DNA of 62,833 bases, counting the filler, from Ionaspis alba (lineage: Eukaryota), in NCBI GenBank assembly GCA_964255285.1. It is 10 parts of 10 records of this genome, joined end to end, with 100 filler letters (N's around TTAATTAATTAA, not from the genome) between each part and the next. Parts side by side here need not be neighbours in the genome. Positions count along the whole stretch, not along the records: positions 50,436 to 56,590 come from CAXUUL010000945.1; positions 56,691 to 62,833 come from CAXUUL010000946.1; 8 more parts are not named here. One strand, 5' to 3'. Every line of letters begins with the position of its first letter. Positions within the stretch are counted from its first letter, which is position 1. Made by a program: the position numbers and the translations under genes. Below are positions 51,666 through 62,833 of this stretch, piece by piece. The notes under the pieces were generated by a model that saw nothing but the letters and a program-made list of their open reading frames with translations, did not search any database and was not told the origin of the DNA.

Positions 51666-52799
51666 ATGACCGCGTTTACAGCCGGAGCAGCGCTCGCCTT
51701 CTTCCTCGCTTGTGTCGAGGTTCAATCCTTTCCCTTACCTGCAGCACCGAAGCCTTACAAGACCCTAGAGGTTGGTATGTTCAGTGGCATATTTCCCGAT
51801 GGGAATGCCGCCTGTACCGGAACAGACGGTGCTTCGGGCACCGGATGTTCTCCGACAGGTACTGGATCTCTGTCTGGAACTACTGCTCCACCAGGAATCT
51901 TCGTCAGTGTCCCTTACGTCACTGTCACTGTGACCGTTACGCCAACGGCCACTGCACAAGCCTGCTCACCTCCTGCTATCGCCGATCCTGTCTCTACACC
52001 TGCCGCCAAGGTTGGTGCTGGGGATGACTCGCCCGTGACTACACAGGCCGGAATCTTCGGCCCCACAACCGGTATCTCTGAGCCTTTAAGCACTCCAGCC
52101 GAAATTTTAGGCCCTACCACAGGCGTACCTGAACCGACAAGTTCGCCGGCAGGTATCGTCGGGACTGGTAGCAGTCCAGACACTCCTTTGAGCACTGCTA
52201 TCGGCGTCTCGACACCTTCCACTACCGCCGACGGTGTCTTTTGGACCGGCGCGGGGGCAGCAACTACCGGGAGCTTCGGAACGGGCACTGGCTTGGGAGG
52301 CGATGTGACATCTCCAACGCCTACACCGTCGGCTGATGGTGCCCGTGGACCACAAGAGATTGAATCAGGCTCATTCGCGTCAACCACCATGTTCGCACCG
52401 CTCAATCCAACGCAAGACATTGTCCCTTCGCCGATACAAACGAGTGCGCCTCTTGGAACTGACCCAGCAACTCCGTCTACTGGAAATGGACTTCCTCCAG
52501 TTCCCTCTGACTCGGCCCCTTTTGGGAATTCCACCAACCCCGGTGACGTTCCGCCCAACGGTAGTTCTCCTAGCGGAGGCTTTCCCAGTGGAGGTAGTGG
52601 TCTACCGACATTGATGCCTACGTCAACCAGTTCTACTGGCAAAAGTATCACCGCAGCAGTAATGCAGCCCATCACCACATTGATGCTCGACGAGCCAGCT
52701 GAAACATTGGTTGTCGATCCAGCTCCTCGACCTTTGGTGATTGATGAGCCGGTTCCCCAGCCGACTCTACAAATTTCGCCTCAAGCACGTTCTAGGTAA
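51666..52799 (+). CDS. Secreted Ser/Thr/Pro/Gly-rich (mucin-like) protein
   Basis: Signal peptide MTAFTAGAALAFFLACVEVQS; internal repeats (GIFGPTTGISEP / EILGPTTGVPEP); no obvious GPI tail. A possible donor at the 3' end could alter the C-terminus. Confidence 0.75.
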   Translation: MTAFTAGAALAFFLACVEVQSFPLPAAPKPYKTLEVGMFSGIFPDGNAACTGTDGASGTGCSPTGTGSLSGTTAPPGIFVSVPYVTVTVTVTPTATAQACSPPAIADPVSTPAAKVGAGDDSPVTTQAGIFGPTTGISEPLSTPAEILGPTTGVPEPTSSPAGIVGTGSSPDTPLSTAIGVSTPSTTADGVFWTGAGAATTGSFGTGTGLGGDVTSPTPTPSADGARGPQEIESGSFASTTMFAPLNPTQDIVPSPIQTSAPLGTDPATPSTGNGLPPVPSDSAPFGNSTNPGDVPPNGSSPSGGFPSGGSGLPTLMPTSTSSTGKSITAAVMQPITTLMLDEPAETLVVDPAPRPLVIDEPVPQPTLQISPQARSR

Positions 52800-53395
52800 A
52801 GACCATCATTATCGTCCGCTATCGATTCTCTTAGCTAACTCGAATCTTAAAGGTTTAGATTTAGCCGGTGAACTGAAAGACCTTCCGTTATAGGGAAGGC
52901 CCCTGTGTAGAATCGTTTATACTTTATGCTTTGATTCTGTTAGTGTTCTCAATATGGAGTTGGTTGGCCTTTTTGTTGGTCTTTTCAGGAATGGGACTGT
53001 GCATTGGGATCGGCGTTTGATATACATATACACGGCATCTTGAAGGCGACCATTGAAATAGACTAGATACCCAAAATGTTATTTTGAACTGTACAGACAG
53101 TTATTCTGACAATCTGTGTGGACGTGTTTTTCCTTCCCAACAGTCAAATATCCGAAGCTAGAAAGGGATGGAGAAACACATTGAAACAGGTTTTCGAGGA
53201 TGAAATGTGTTGGGCATGGTTGAATGTCTCATAGTAGCGAACCTGTAAGACAGCTTGCAAGCTGGACCCGAATGGCGTCACGGGAAATGCACTGATTACT
53301 CAGTCCTACGGTTCTTCTCTAGCGCCCCATATGAATGCGATGTATTCCCAGTTGGTCTCCATGATTGTGATGTTAACTTGAAGCAGTAATCGACG

Positions 53396-54532
53396 ATGAC
53401 AGAATGCACGGAACATCCACTTTCGGGCCTCTGGCAGCCTGTCCAGCTTCAGCGCCTCTACTACGGTCCCAATTCAGTGGAGAAGCACCTTCTATCATGC
53501 CTACCATCTGAAAACTCAAAGGCATTCATTATTACAGGCGATTCCTTGGCCAAGAAGACTCAGTTGGTAAAGCAAGTCGAAGATCTTCTCACGAAGAAGC
53601 ATCATGCGGGTACATTTTCAGACATCAAGCAGCATGCCCCTATTGCTCAACTCGATAAAGCTGCCGATGCTGTACGGAAAGACTCCACTATTGATACACT
53701 GATCAGTATAGGAGGTGGAAGCCCCATCGACTCCGCAAAGGCTATCTCCTACAGAACACACGAGAAGAGGGGCAAATTCCTATATCACATCTCGATTCCA
53801 ACGACACTCAGTGTCGCAGAATGTTCCTTTATAGCGGGATACACAAATGAAGATGGAGTCAAAACGGGTATCAGAGACCCCAAGATTGCAGTAGAAGTCA
53901 TCATCTATGATGCAAAGTTCGCGATGGAGACACCACAGAAGCTTTGGCTTTCAACCGCCATTCGATCACTCGATCATGCTGTCGAACTACTCTACAATGT
54001 AACTGCGGCCGAGGTCCCAACAAGGCAGCTGGTCCTGACAGCCATCTCCACCTTGTTTGAATATCTTCCCAAGTCCAAGGCTGAGCCAAAGAACGAGGAA
54101 CACCTCACAAGACTGCAGCTAGCATCGTTTAGCACTCTCTATCCTTTGGGAACCAACGTCAAAGGTGGCGTTGGCCTTAGCCATTCGTTAGGATATGCCA
54201 TTGGGTCACCTTACGGTATCGCTCATGGTATAACGTCCTGTCTGACGCTGGCGAGTGTCGTAAGACTGAAGGCAGGAAATCTCGATGATGCTGCTCAAAT
54301 TGCGAGAGTTTTGCCTTTCATCGGGCAAACTCGTAGTGGGGACAACCAAAAAGATGCTATGAGAGTCGGAGACGCGATCGATGAGCTTGTGACAAAGCTC
54401 GGGCTCAAGACCAATCTCAAAGAGAATGGAGTTGGTGAGGATCAGATTCCAAAAATCGTCAAAATGGCTACTGGAGCGTCTGAAGGCAAGCTCTTTGATG
54501 ATGTATCAGTTTTAGTCAAAAGTCTGCTGTAA
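53396..54532 (+). CDS. Iron-containing alcohol dehydrogenase family protein (maleylacetate reductase-like)
   Basis: GGGSPIDSAK, IPTTLS, DHAVE, GLSHSLGY and HGITSC give the NAD- and metal-binding pattern; intronless, 378 aa. Confidence 0.9.
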   Translation: MTECTEHPLSGLWQPVQLQRLYYGPNSVEKHLLSCLPSENSKAFIITGDSLAKKTQLVKQVEDLLTKKHHAGTFSDIKQHAPIAQLDKAADAVRKDSTIDTLISIGGGSPIDSAKAISYRTHEKRGKFLYHISIPTTLSVAECSFIAGYTNEDGVKTGIRDPKIAVEVIIYDAKFAMETPQKLWLSTAIRSLDHAVELLYNVTAAEVPTRQLVLTAISTLFEYLPKSKAEPKNEEHLTRLQLASFSTLYPLGTNVKGGVGLSHSLGYAIGSPYGIAHGITSCLTLASVVRLKAGNLDDAAQIARVLPFIGQTRSGDNQKDAMRVGDAIDELVTKLGLKTNLKENGVGEDQIPKIVKMATGASEGKLFDDVSVLVKSLL

Positions 54533-55068
54533 TTCGATAATCGGTAGCATATCAGATAACGATCTCCAAGTATAGACGAATTGCCGAAACCTCATGAGAT
54601 GTCGGATGTCATTGGCCGCAATAGTCTCGTATCAGGAGCAGAGCACTATTGTGCCTTTCTTTCCTTTTGCCACTCTCTATCTTAGCTCCACCCAGACCGC
54701 CTCTCCGTTGCTCCTACCCAATGGCTCCCCGATCAATCTCCAATGCGTCATACATAATTTCCAGGACCGAAGCAACTTCGATGCGACTTCAGAGGAACTG
54801 TTCTTCATTGACTAGAGACCTTGACCGTTTGCGCTATTCGAAACGGTTCAATCATCAAGGTATGTTGATATCGCACGATGGTGGAGTAAGCCCCCACTCC
54901 AGATGTGGAGTTGACCCTCATCGACTTGTTCAGTCTGTCGCGTGCCTCAGGCAATGAGATCAACATTCAATCTATCTACGACCTTTATGAGGATAGCAAG
55001 CTGATAATCGGTTCTGCCTAGGAACAATCTCCGACCACCTTGCACCATCCCACATAATCACTCGTACC

Positions 55069-56590
<1,522 letters not shown>

Positions 56591-56690
56591 NNNNNNNNNN
56601 NNNNNNNNNNNNNNNNNNNNNNNNNNNNNNNNNNTTAATTAATTAANNNNNNNNNNNNNNNNNNNNNNNNNNNNNNNNNNNNNNNNNNNN
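56591..56690. other. Artificial contig-joining spacer
   Basis: N44-TTAATTAATTAA-N44. Confidence 0.97.
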
Positions 56691-57088
56691 TCCCAGGTGT
56701 TCTCGATATCCGAAGCTTCCGCCATGAAAGCTTGGATTACAAGCTCAGTTCTGATATGCTGGGAAGAAAGTACACGGCCGAGATAAGGCGAGGCTTGTGG
56801 AAGACTCAGGTTCAGAGAGTACACGAAGACATGTTGCAGCAGCTCGATAGGAAGTCGTTCGAGACGCGACATAGCCGGCGGATTTAAACCCATGGTGTTC
56901 TCGGAGCGGCTTAGTCGAGGGTTTAGGACTGCGGACGAAAAGCTGGGCGTTGTATTTGGTCTCTTTCGTGGTCGGCCTTTTCGTCGCGGTACGGTGAGGA
57001 GAGAGTCTCTACCGGTAGCATCGTGACTGATCTGCGGCTTTCTTGTCCTTGTTTTGTTCTTTCCTCGTATTCGAGTCGGAGTGAGCAT
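56691..57088 (-). CDS. Conserved fungal hypothetical protein with F-box-like segment, 3'-truncated
   Basis: Basic N-terminus (RRKGRPRKR) followed by SRLERLPIELLQHVFVYSLNLSLPQASPYLGRVLS. Confidence 0.7.
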
Positions 57089-57551
57089 GATGGAACCACG
57101 CAAAGGACTTGCCGCCTCCTAGATGTCTCTCAAGTAGAGCTGCGAGACGCGTTCTCAGCGAACAACGTGCAGAAATTGACACGGTCCAAAGAGCTGCAGC
57201 TGCAGGGCTACGCTAGTCTCGCTTGGGATCGCGCTTAGAGCGGTTCAAATCATAGAAGAATATATAACGTCCTTTACCTACTACAAGCTCCAGCTTCTAG
57301 CATTCGTTCACGCTTCACAGCTAGCACAAGCAAACTTTTACGGAAACTATCATTTGAAAACTCGCCTATTTGCTGCTATCTGCCTTTGTGCAGAGTGCAC
57401 ATCCCAATGATTTGCAGACGAGGACGACCGAATGTAACGCAAGTGACATGACACCCTGCTCCAGACTTCACATCACCCGATATCACAAGTATTGTACCAG
57501 CTCACAATTTCGTCCATCATGCCGGGCGGATGGCCAACGTGTCGGCTCTCA

Positions 57552-58709
57552 TCAATCTCGAGAAAGCACTTCCTCCTCAAACCAAGTCCTGTAATCCTCA
57601 TCTACCCACCTAGCCAGTCTTCTCAAAGCTGCAAGGATCTGATAGATTCCTAGTCCTGAGCTAGTGCGGCCCAAGATTATGTCCTCCAAGATCAAGATAT
57701 CCCGGCCCCGTCTGACACTAGCAAGCTTGAGCTTCCATTCATGGCCTTGCACAAATAGCAAAGGCAAGGTTGGAAGACGCGCGGAAGGGCGAGCTAGCTG
57801 TCTCAGTCTTTCGAAGTGTGCTGCGACCCATACTCCTAGTTGAAGCTGCGCAACGTCTTCCTCGATTGCGGCACGTTTCGTCAGCATGCTAATGGCGATA
57901 GGTCTGAGATCGATATGTTCTGCATCTGCATGATTGATGCTCTCTTTCCCTTCGGTGAGTAGCTTCTTTCTCAACTGTCTATCCCATTTTGAGTCGCCGT
58001 TGAGAATTATAGCATGATCAACCAATTTAGACTGCGAGAAGGAGAGTAATTGAGTCTGCAATGCCTCGATGCAAAAATTCGGAAGGAGTGAAGCATCTTC
58101 GATTCCGGCAGTGGTGATGTTGCTGTGACAAATTCCTTTCTCGTTCCAGTGATCGCGGAGTGCCAGATTCATGATCAGCGTGTGCACCTGAAGGTTCCAC
58201 TCAAACTCGCTGGCACGTTCATTCTTCGCCTTCAACGCTGCATTCCATATCTTCAGAACCCCTAGTAGTTCAGTCTTGTCGTCCAAAGTATCGCTACTCA
58301 TTCCCGCTAACACCTCTCTCTCCCCGTTGTAACCAGGCCCAAAATCTTCGTTACCAACCAGCAAAGATAAAAAGCTTACTCCACCTCCACTTTTGACTGA
58401 TTGTGGAATGGCACCAATTCCCAAACTAAGTTGGTTCAGATCGCGGTAGAGGCCTCTTACGTCGTCGGAGATATGGTAGCCTTTCGTTCCGAAGCACTTC
58501 ATCTGGATCTTCGTGTCCGAGTAGACGAAGTCTGAAAGAGACAATGCGGCACTAAAGACCTGAGCTTCCTCTTTTTCTATGGGCAGGTTGTTGGTGGTAA
58601 GTTCTGCCTTGCATGGTAAAGAATTTGGATCTGGTCCATAGTCGTCTGGGTCATCGGGCTGGGCTTGGAGCCACATGGTGATATTTGAGCGCCTGGAATC
58701 CTTTCGCAC
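57552..58709 (-). CDS. Fungal PD-(D/E)XK nuclease-like domain protein (start uncertain)
   Basis: Motifs KLVDH, SINHA, RPIAISMLTK, AQLQLGVWVAAH, LPLLFVQGHEW and LGIYQILAALRRLARW match my recollection of the fungal PDDEXK_12-type family. Confidence 0.8.
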   Translation of the reverse strand: MRKDSRRSNITMWLQAQPDDPDDYGPDPNSLPCKAELTTNNLPIEKEEAQVFSAALSLSDFVYSDTKIQMKCFGTKGYHISDDVRGLYRDLNQLSLGIGAIPQSVKSGGGVSFLSLLVGNEDFGPGYNGEREVLAGMSSDTLDDKTELLGVLKIWNAALKAKNERASEFEWNLQVHTLIMNLALRDHWNEKGICHSNITTAGIEDASLLPNFCIEALQTQLLSFSQSKLVDHAIILNGDSKWDRQLRKKLLTEGKESINHADAEHIDLRPIAISMLTKRAAIEEDVAQLQLGVWVAAHFERLRQLARPSARLPTLPLLFVQGHEWKLKLASVRRGRDILILEDIILGRTSSGLGIYQILAALRRLARWVDEDYRTWFEEEVLSRD

Positions 58710-61268
58710 CGGCCATTTCGTCTCACTGCAGGTATCCTCTGCGCAATCTTGACTCGCTTGAGTGTCATCCAGTGCTGTTCGGATCGTATTGCGGCGTCGC
58801 AGAGAAGTTCGCAGACCTAATACACTGTCAGGGACTTGCGTACGGATCCGCCGTGAACAACTTACGAGTTTTCAGCCATTTGGCGGCAGCATCAGCAGGA
58901 TTCTGTTCGACAGAGTGCTTACTGGTCTTGTGAGGAGGCATCGTAGCCACACGTCGTGGCCTTTCATCGTAATGGACGGTTGAGAGGTACGTTTTGTCCT
59001 CCTTCGCTTAATTTTCCTAATTCGGCCTGTAGACTCAGTATATGCTAACCCTACGCGTATTTGCGTCTCGATACTTTTGTAGACGTGAGCATGACTTACC
59101 CTACCAGCAAATGATGCCATAAATCTTGCGAACGTCTTTGACCTGTCCCAAGAACCACTTCCTGATATAGACCAGTCGTGTCGTTGAGCAATTAAGCCCT
59201 TTCACCATTGTTGCCTTCATCGTATTGAGAGCATATCCGCAGACATCCTTCCGACGCAATTCATTTGATGTCACGTTCCACAGCATACTCGACACAGAGA
59301 GGGAGAAAGAGTAACGAAGGAGCGGGAAGTGGTATTTCGAATTGGTGCCATAGGTCTGAAGATGGAGAGCCTTATTCAAGCCGACACTCGACTCGCCCAG
59401 TTCCATAGGTGCTTCTGACTGTGGCTACTCCAGTAACAAATCGTGTTTTTCCAGTACCTTCTTGCCGGCCGCGAGACGCTCATCGCTATGGCCCTGGAAT
59501 ACTCCGTGATCTACCTACCTTGGAGAAGTCCTACTGGGTATCTCTTGCGGAGAACAAGGCATTCTCGTCTCGTGCACTTCTGCTGTTCTCACTTTCCATT
59601 GCATCCGGACATTGTTGTTTCCTTTCTAGAACTCCAACACGTTCCGAAGAATCCGTCTCACTCGAGGATGGATAGTCGACTAGCGAACAGGATTCGAATC
59701 AGAATCTGTGTGCATATGGTAGATGCTGCTGATATGGTAACATCAGGCTTCGATTGATGAGCAGTCAAGGAAACCTGCAAAAGAGGGCGCCATGTTTACG
59801 AGCTGCGATTGCGACAATGTCGTTTCTTTTAAGAGTGTCTCCTTATGTTTGCTCATTGACTCGCGCTTCAACTTATCCTTTTCTTCCTGCAATGAGACCT
59901 AGCCCCGAGTATTGTGCATTGTTGTAGGACACTCCAGGTTTCCTGGAAATTAGACACCATATCTTATCATGACATCCCACCATCCGGCAGCGGCAAGCGC
60001 TGCTGGTAATGCTGTGAATAAGCTGTGAAAGGCTGGTTGACTGGGGGGCTTGCCACTCAAGGTGGGTAAACGCGCGCTTGTTGCGGATACATTCGACCTC
60101 ACAACGGTTCGAAAGAAAGCCCTGCCATGTCCCACTCAAGACATGCATTGTTACAACCCGGCTTTATTGGTCTAACTAGAGCTCTGATTGAGCTTCGGAT
60201 TCTGGCACTCTACTAAGACAACACTGTCTACATCCCAGAACCCCAGTCAGCTGTCAAGTTCGCACTACCCCGCGTTCTCCAGCAACCCCTGAAAAGATCT
60301 GCAACTGGGCATTGTTGCTCCGCCCTCGCTTATTAGTGTTGCGATGCCATTGTCTGCGACATCCACCTATCATACTCTCTATGTGNNNNNNNNNNNNNNN
60401 NNNNNNNNNNNNNNNNNNNNNNNNNNNNNNNNNNNNNNNNNNNNNNNNNNNNNNNNNNNNNNNNNNNNNNNNNNNNNNNNNNNNNTCATATATCATGCTT
60501 CTTGGAAGCAGCCCCGGCCTCGACGGCCCGTTCAGCCGTTTTTCCTTCATGCGTCCACAATTTCACCGCAGCCAATGTTATTGTGACCTGCGGCAATTGA
60601 TACTTGTGTATTTTGAGTTGCATTTCTCACTCGATTTGACCCCGCGTTTTCTACATGCAAAAGATCGATCAGGATCACATCTCCTGTGAACGCTCAAGCG
60701 GAGTTGTCTCCACTTTCATGGGTCTCTTGTGCCATGAGTCTGTGTCTCCCTTGCCTAGTTGATTTGCTTGCGTGGTAGCAGTTGTTGGAGGACGATATCC
60801 GTCCAATACCGGCACGAAGCCACGTACCACCACCGAGACTGCCACAGGGGTTTCCAACGCCAGCATGCACGTTCATTGCTTCTTACAGCAACGGACTTTC
60901 AAATTCCCATATTGCCTCCCTCCAAAAGGGCGGGGAAACCTCCGGTCCTGGAAATGGCTTCTCCATTTGAGCACGGCCTCTGCATGTCTCCACAGTATTC
61001 TCACAATTCGGAATGGTTTGAAGGATTGAATGCTTGGGAGTCGACCAAGCGATTATTCCAGCCAACGAGCACTGGATACCTTCATCGTCGATGGCCCTCC
61101 ATATTGGTGACCTCCCCAAGACCGGGAAACGTGCCGCTGCGGGGCTGGAGATCTATATATGCCGAGGAATATTATATAAACCGAGAGCTTTGAGAAAGTG
61201 TGCTCCGAGCTTGAGATATTCCCAAGAAACCAGCAAGGAAGCTCCTGAGGAAGTAGCAGACCACAACA

Positions 61269-62833
61269 ATGACTATCCCGGACGAAGTCGATATTATTGT
61301 GTGCGGAGGAGGGAGTGCCGGATGTGTGGTAGCAGGACGTCTGGCAAACCTCGACCGAAACCTCAAGGTTTTGCTGATTGAAGCTGGAGAGAACAACATC
61401 AACAATCCATGGTCAATTAGTCACTGAGAACTCTGTGTTGCAGCTATTGACACCAAGCAGGGTCTTCCGTCCAGGTATCTATCCGAGGAACATGAAGCTA
61501 GATTCCAAGACTGCGTCTTTCTACTATTCGAAGCCCTCGAAATGGTTAGGTGGCCGTGCGGCGGTGGTACCTGCAGCTCATGTGCTCGGTGGTGGATCTT
61601 CGATCAACTTCATGGTACGTTCACGAATTCTCAACGATCCTACCATGACTAGTACTGACAATTTCATCCAGATGTACACCAGAGCATCTGCCTCGGATTA
61701 CGACGACTTCCAAGCAAAAGGATGGACCACAAAGGAGCTTCTACCGTTGATGCAGAAGCATGAGACCTATCAACGTCCATGCAACAACAGAGATGTTCAT
61801 GGGTTTGAGGTACTCACTTCCTACGTCATCAAGGTGTTCAACAACACCGGTATCTAACATGACCATCATAGGGGCCAATCAAAGTCTCCTTCGGCAATCA
61901 CATCTATCCCATTGCCTGGGACTTCCTTCGAGCTGCTGAATCTCAAGGCATTCCAGTGACCGACGACTTGCAAGACCTGCACACAGGTCATGGAGCCGAG
62001 CATTGGCTCAAATGGATCAATCGTGATGTACGATGTCCATTACCCAACTTCCGAAGCCCTTGGCTAAATATCTTGTGCTTCAGACTGGCCGTCGAAGTGA
62101 CAGTGCCCACGCTTATATTCATTCGACCATGCGTAATCATGAGAACCTCTACTTGATGTGCAACACCAAGGTTGACAAAGTAATTCTGGAAGGTGATAGG
62201 GCTGTTGGCGTACAGGTGGTTCCCACCAAACCACTTCATCCTGGTCAGGTTTGTGAATATTTAGCCGAATTTTACTGTTTCTGCTGAATAAGACAAGGAA
62301 CCTCGCATCATCCGAGCACGTAAGCAGATCGTGCTCTCGGGAGGAACACTCAGTACTCCGTTGATATTGCAAAGATCTGGCATTGGTAAGTCCTTCATGA
62401 ATGAGCAAAAAATAGGTTTCATCAGTATTAATCTGTCCAAGGTGACCCTGAGAAGCTCCGCAAAGCCGGTGTCGAACCCAAGATAGACCTACCGGGTGTA
62501 GGTCTAAACTTCCAAGATCATTACCTCACCTTCTCTTTGTTCCGTGCCAAACCAGGAACGGAGACTTTTGACGACTTCGTCCGAGGTAAGGCCCCATTCT
62601 AAGCTCCGCAACTTTAGTAAATTGCTCACCATCTCTAGGCGAACCCAATGCCCACAAAGCTGTGCACGATGAATGGAACCTCAAAGGCACAGGACCACTC
62701 GCTACCAACGGAATCGACGCAGGCGTCAAAGTGCGTCCGACACAAGAAGAGCTGAAGGAGATGCAGAACTGGCCAACCCAGGGCTTCCAGAGTGGCTGGG
62801 ATAGCTACTTCAAGGACAAGCCGGACAAACCAG
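61269..62833 (+). CDS. AOX1: Alcohol (methanol) oxidase, GMC oxidoreductase AA3_3; runs off window end
   Basis: MTIPDEVDIIVCGGGSAGCVVAGRLANLD...LLIEAGENN, LGGGSSINFM|MYTRASASDYDD, GHGAEHWLKWINRD|TGRRSDSAHAY, DLPGVGLNFQDHY; at least seven short introns. Confidence 0.95.

Noticed and set aside
51914..52678. 254-aa antisense ORF, and similar shadow ORFs over veA, RRP3 and GCV1
   Set aside because: These mirror real genes with biased codon use and have no independent motifs.
59101..59406. 101-aa minus-strand ORF between the nuclease-like gene and the alcohol oxidase
   Set aside because: No recognisable motif or consistent exon structure.

Overview
Filamentous ascomycete (Pezizomycotina-type) nuclear DNA with spliceosomal introns. 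The window is not one locus. It is ten pieces joined by nine identical artificial 100-nt spacers (N44-TTAATTAATTAA-N44), and piece lengths fall strictly: 6246, 6243, 6241, 6232, 6186, 6166, 6161, 6160, 6155, 6143 nt. This indicates size-sorted unplaced scaffolds, so only neighbourhoods inside one piece are real. Contents by piece: (1) truncated ORF, secreted HEXXH metalloprotease, degenerate Hsp70-fold protein; (2) noxR and ECM13-like; (3) Zn2Cys6 factor (OefC/Wor2-like); (4) conserved membrane protein; (5) veA and a conserved hypothetical gene; (6) GNAT fragment, F-box gene, divergent SSF1/RRP3 pair; (7) AtfB/Atf21-type bZIP; (8) secreted unknown protein, GCV1, amino acid permease; (9) Ser/Thr/Pro-rich secreted protein, Fe-ADH, alanine aminotransferase; (10) hypothetical gene, PD-(D/E)XK nuclease-like gene, alcohol oxidase. 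I saw no tRNA, rRNA, CRISPR or intact transposon, and I cannot support a novel multi-gene system. The best leads are single-gene oddities and repeated local strand-composition flips. Family calls come from motif recognition, not database searches.
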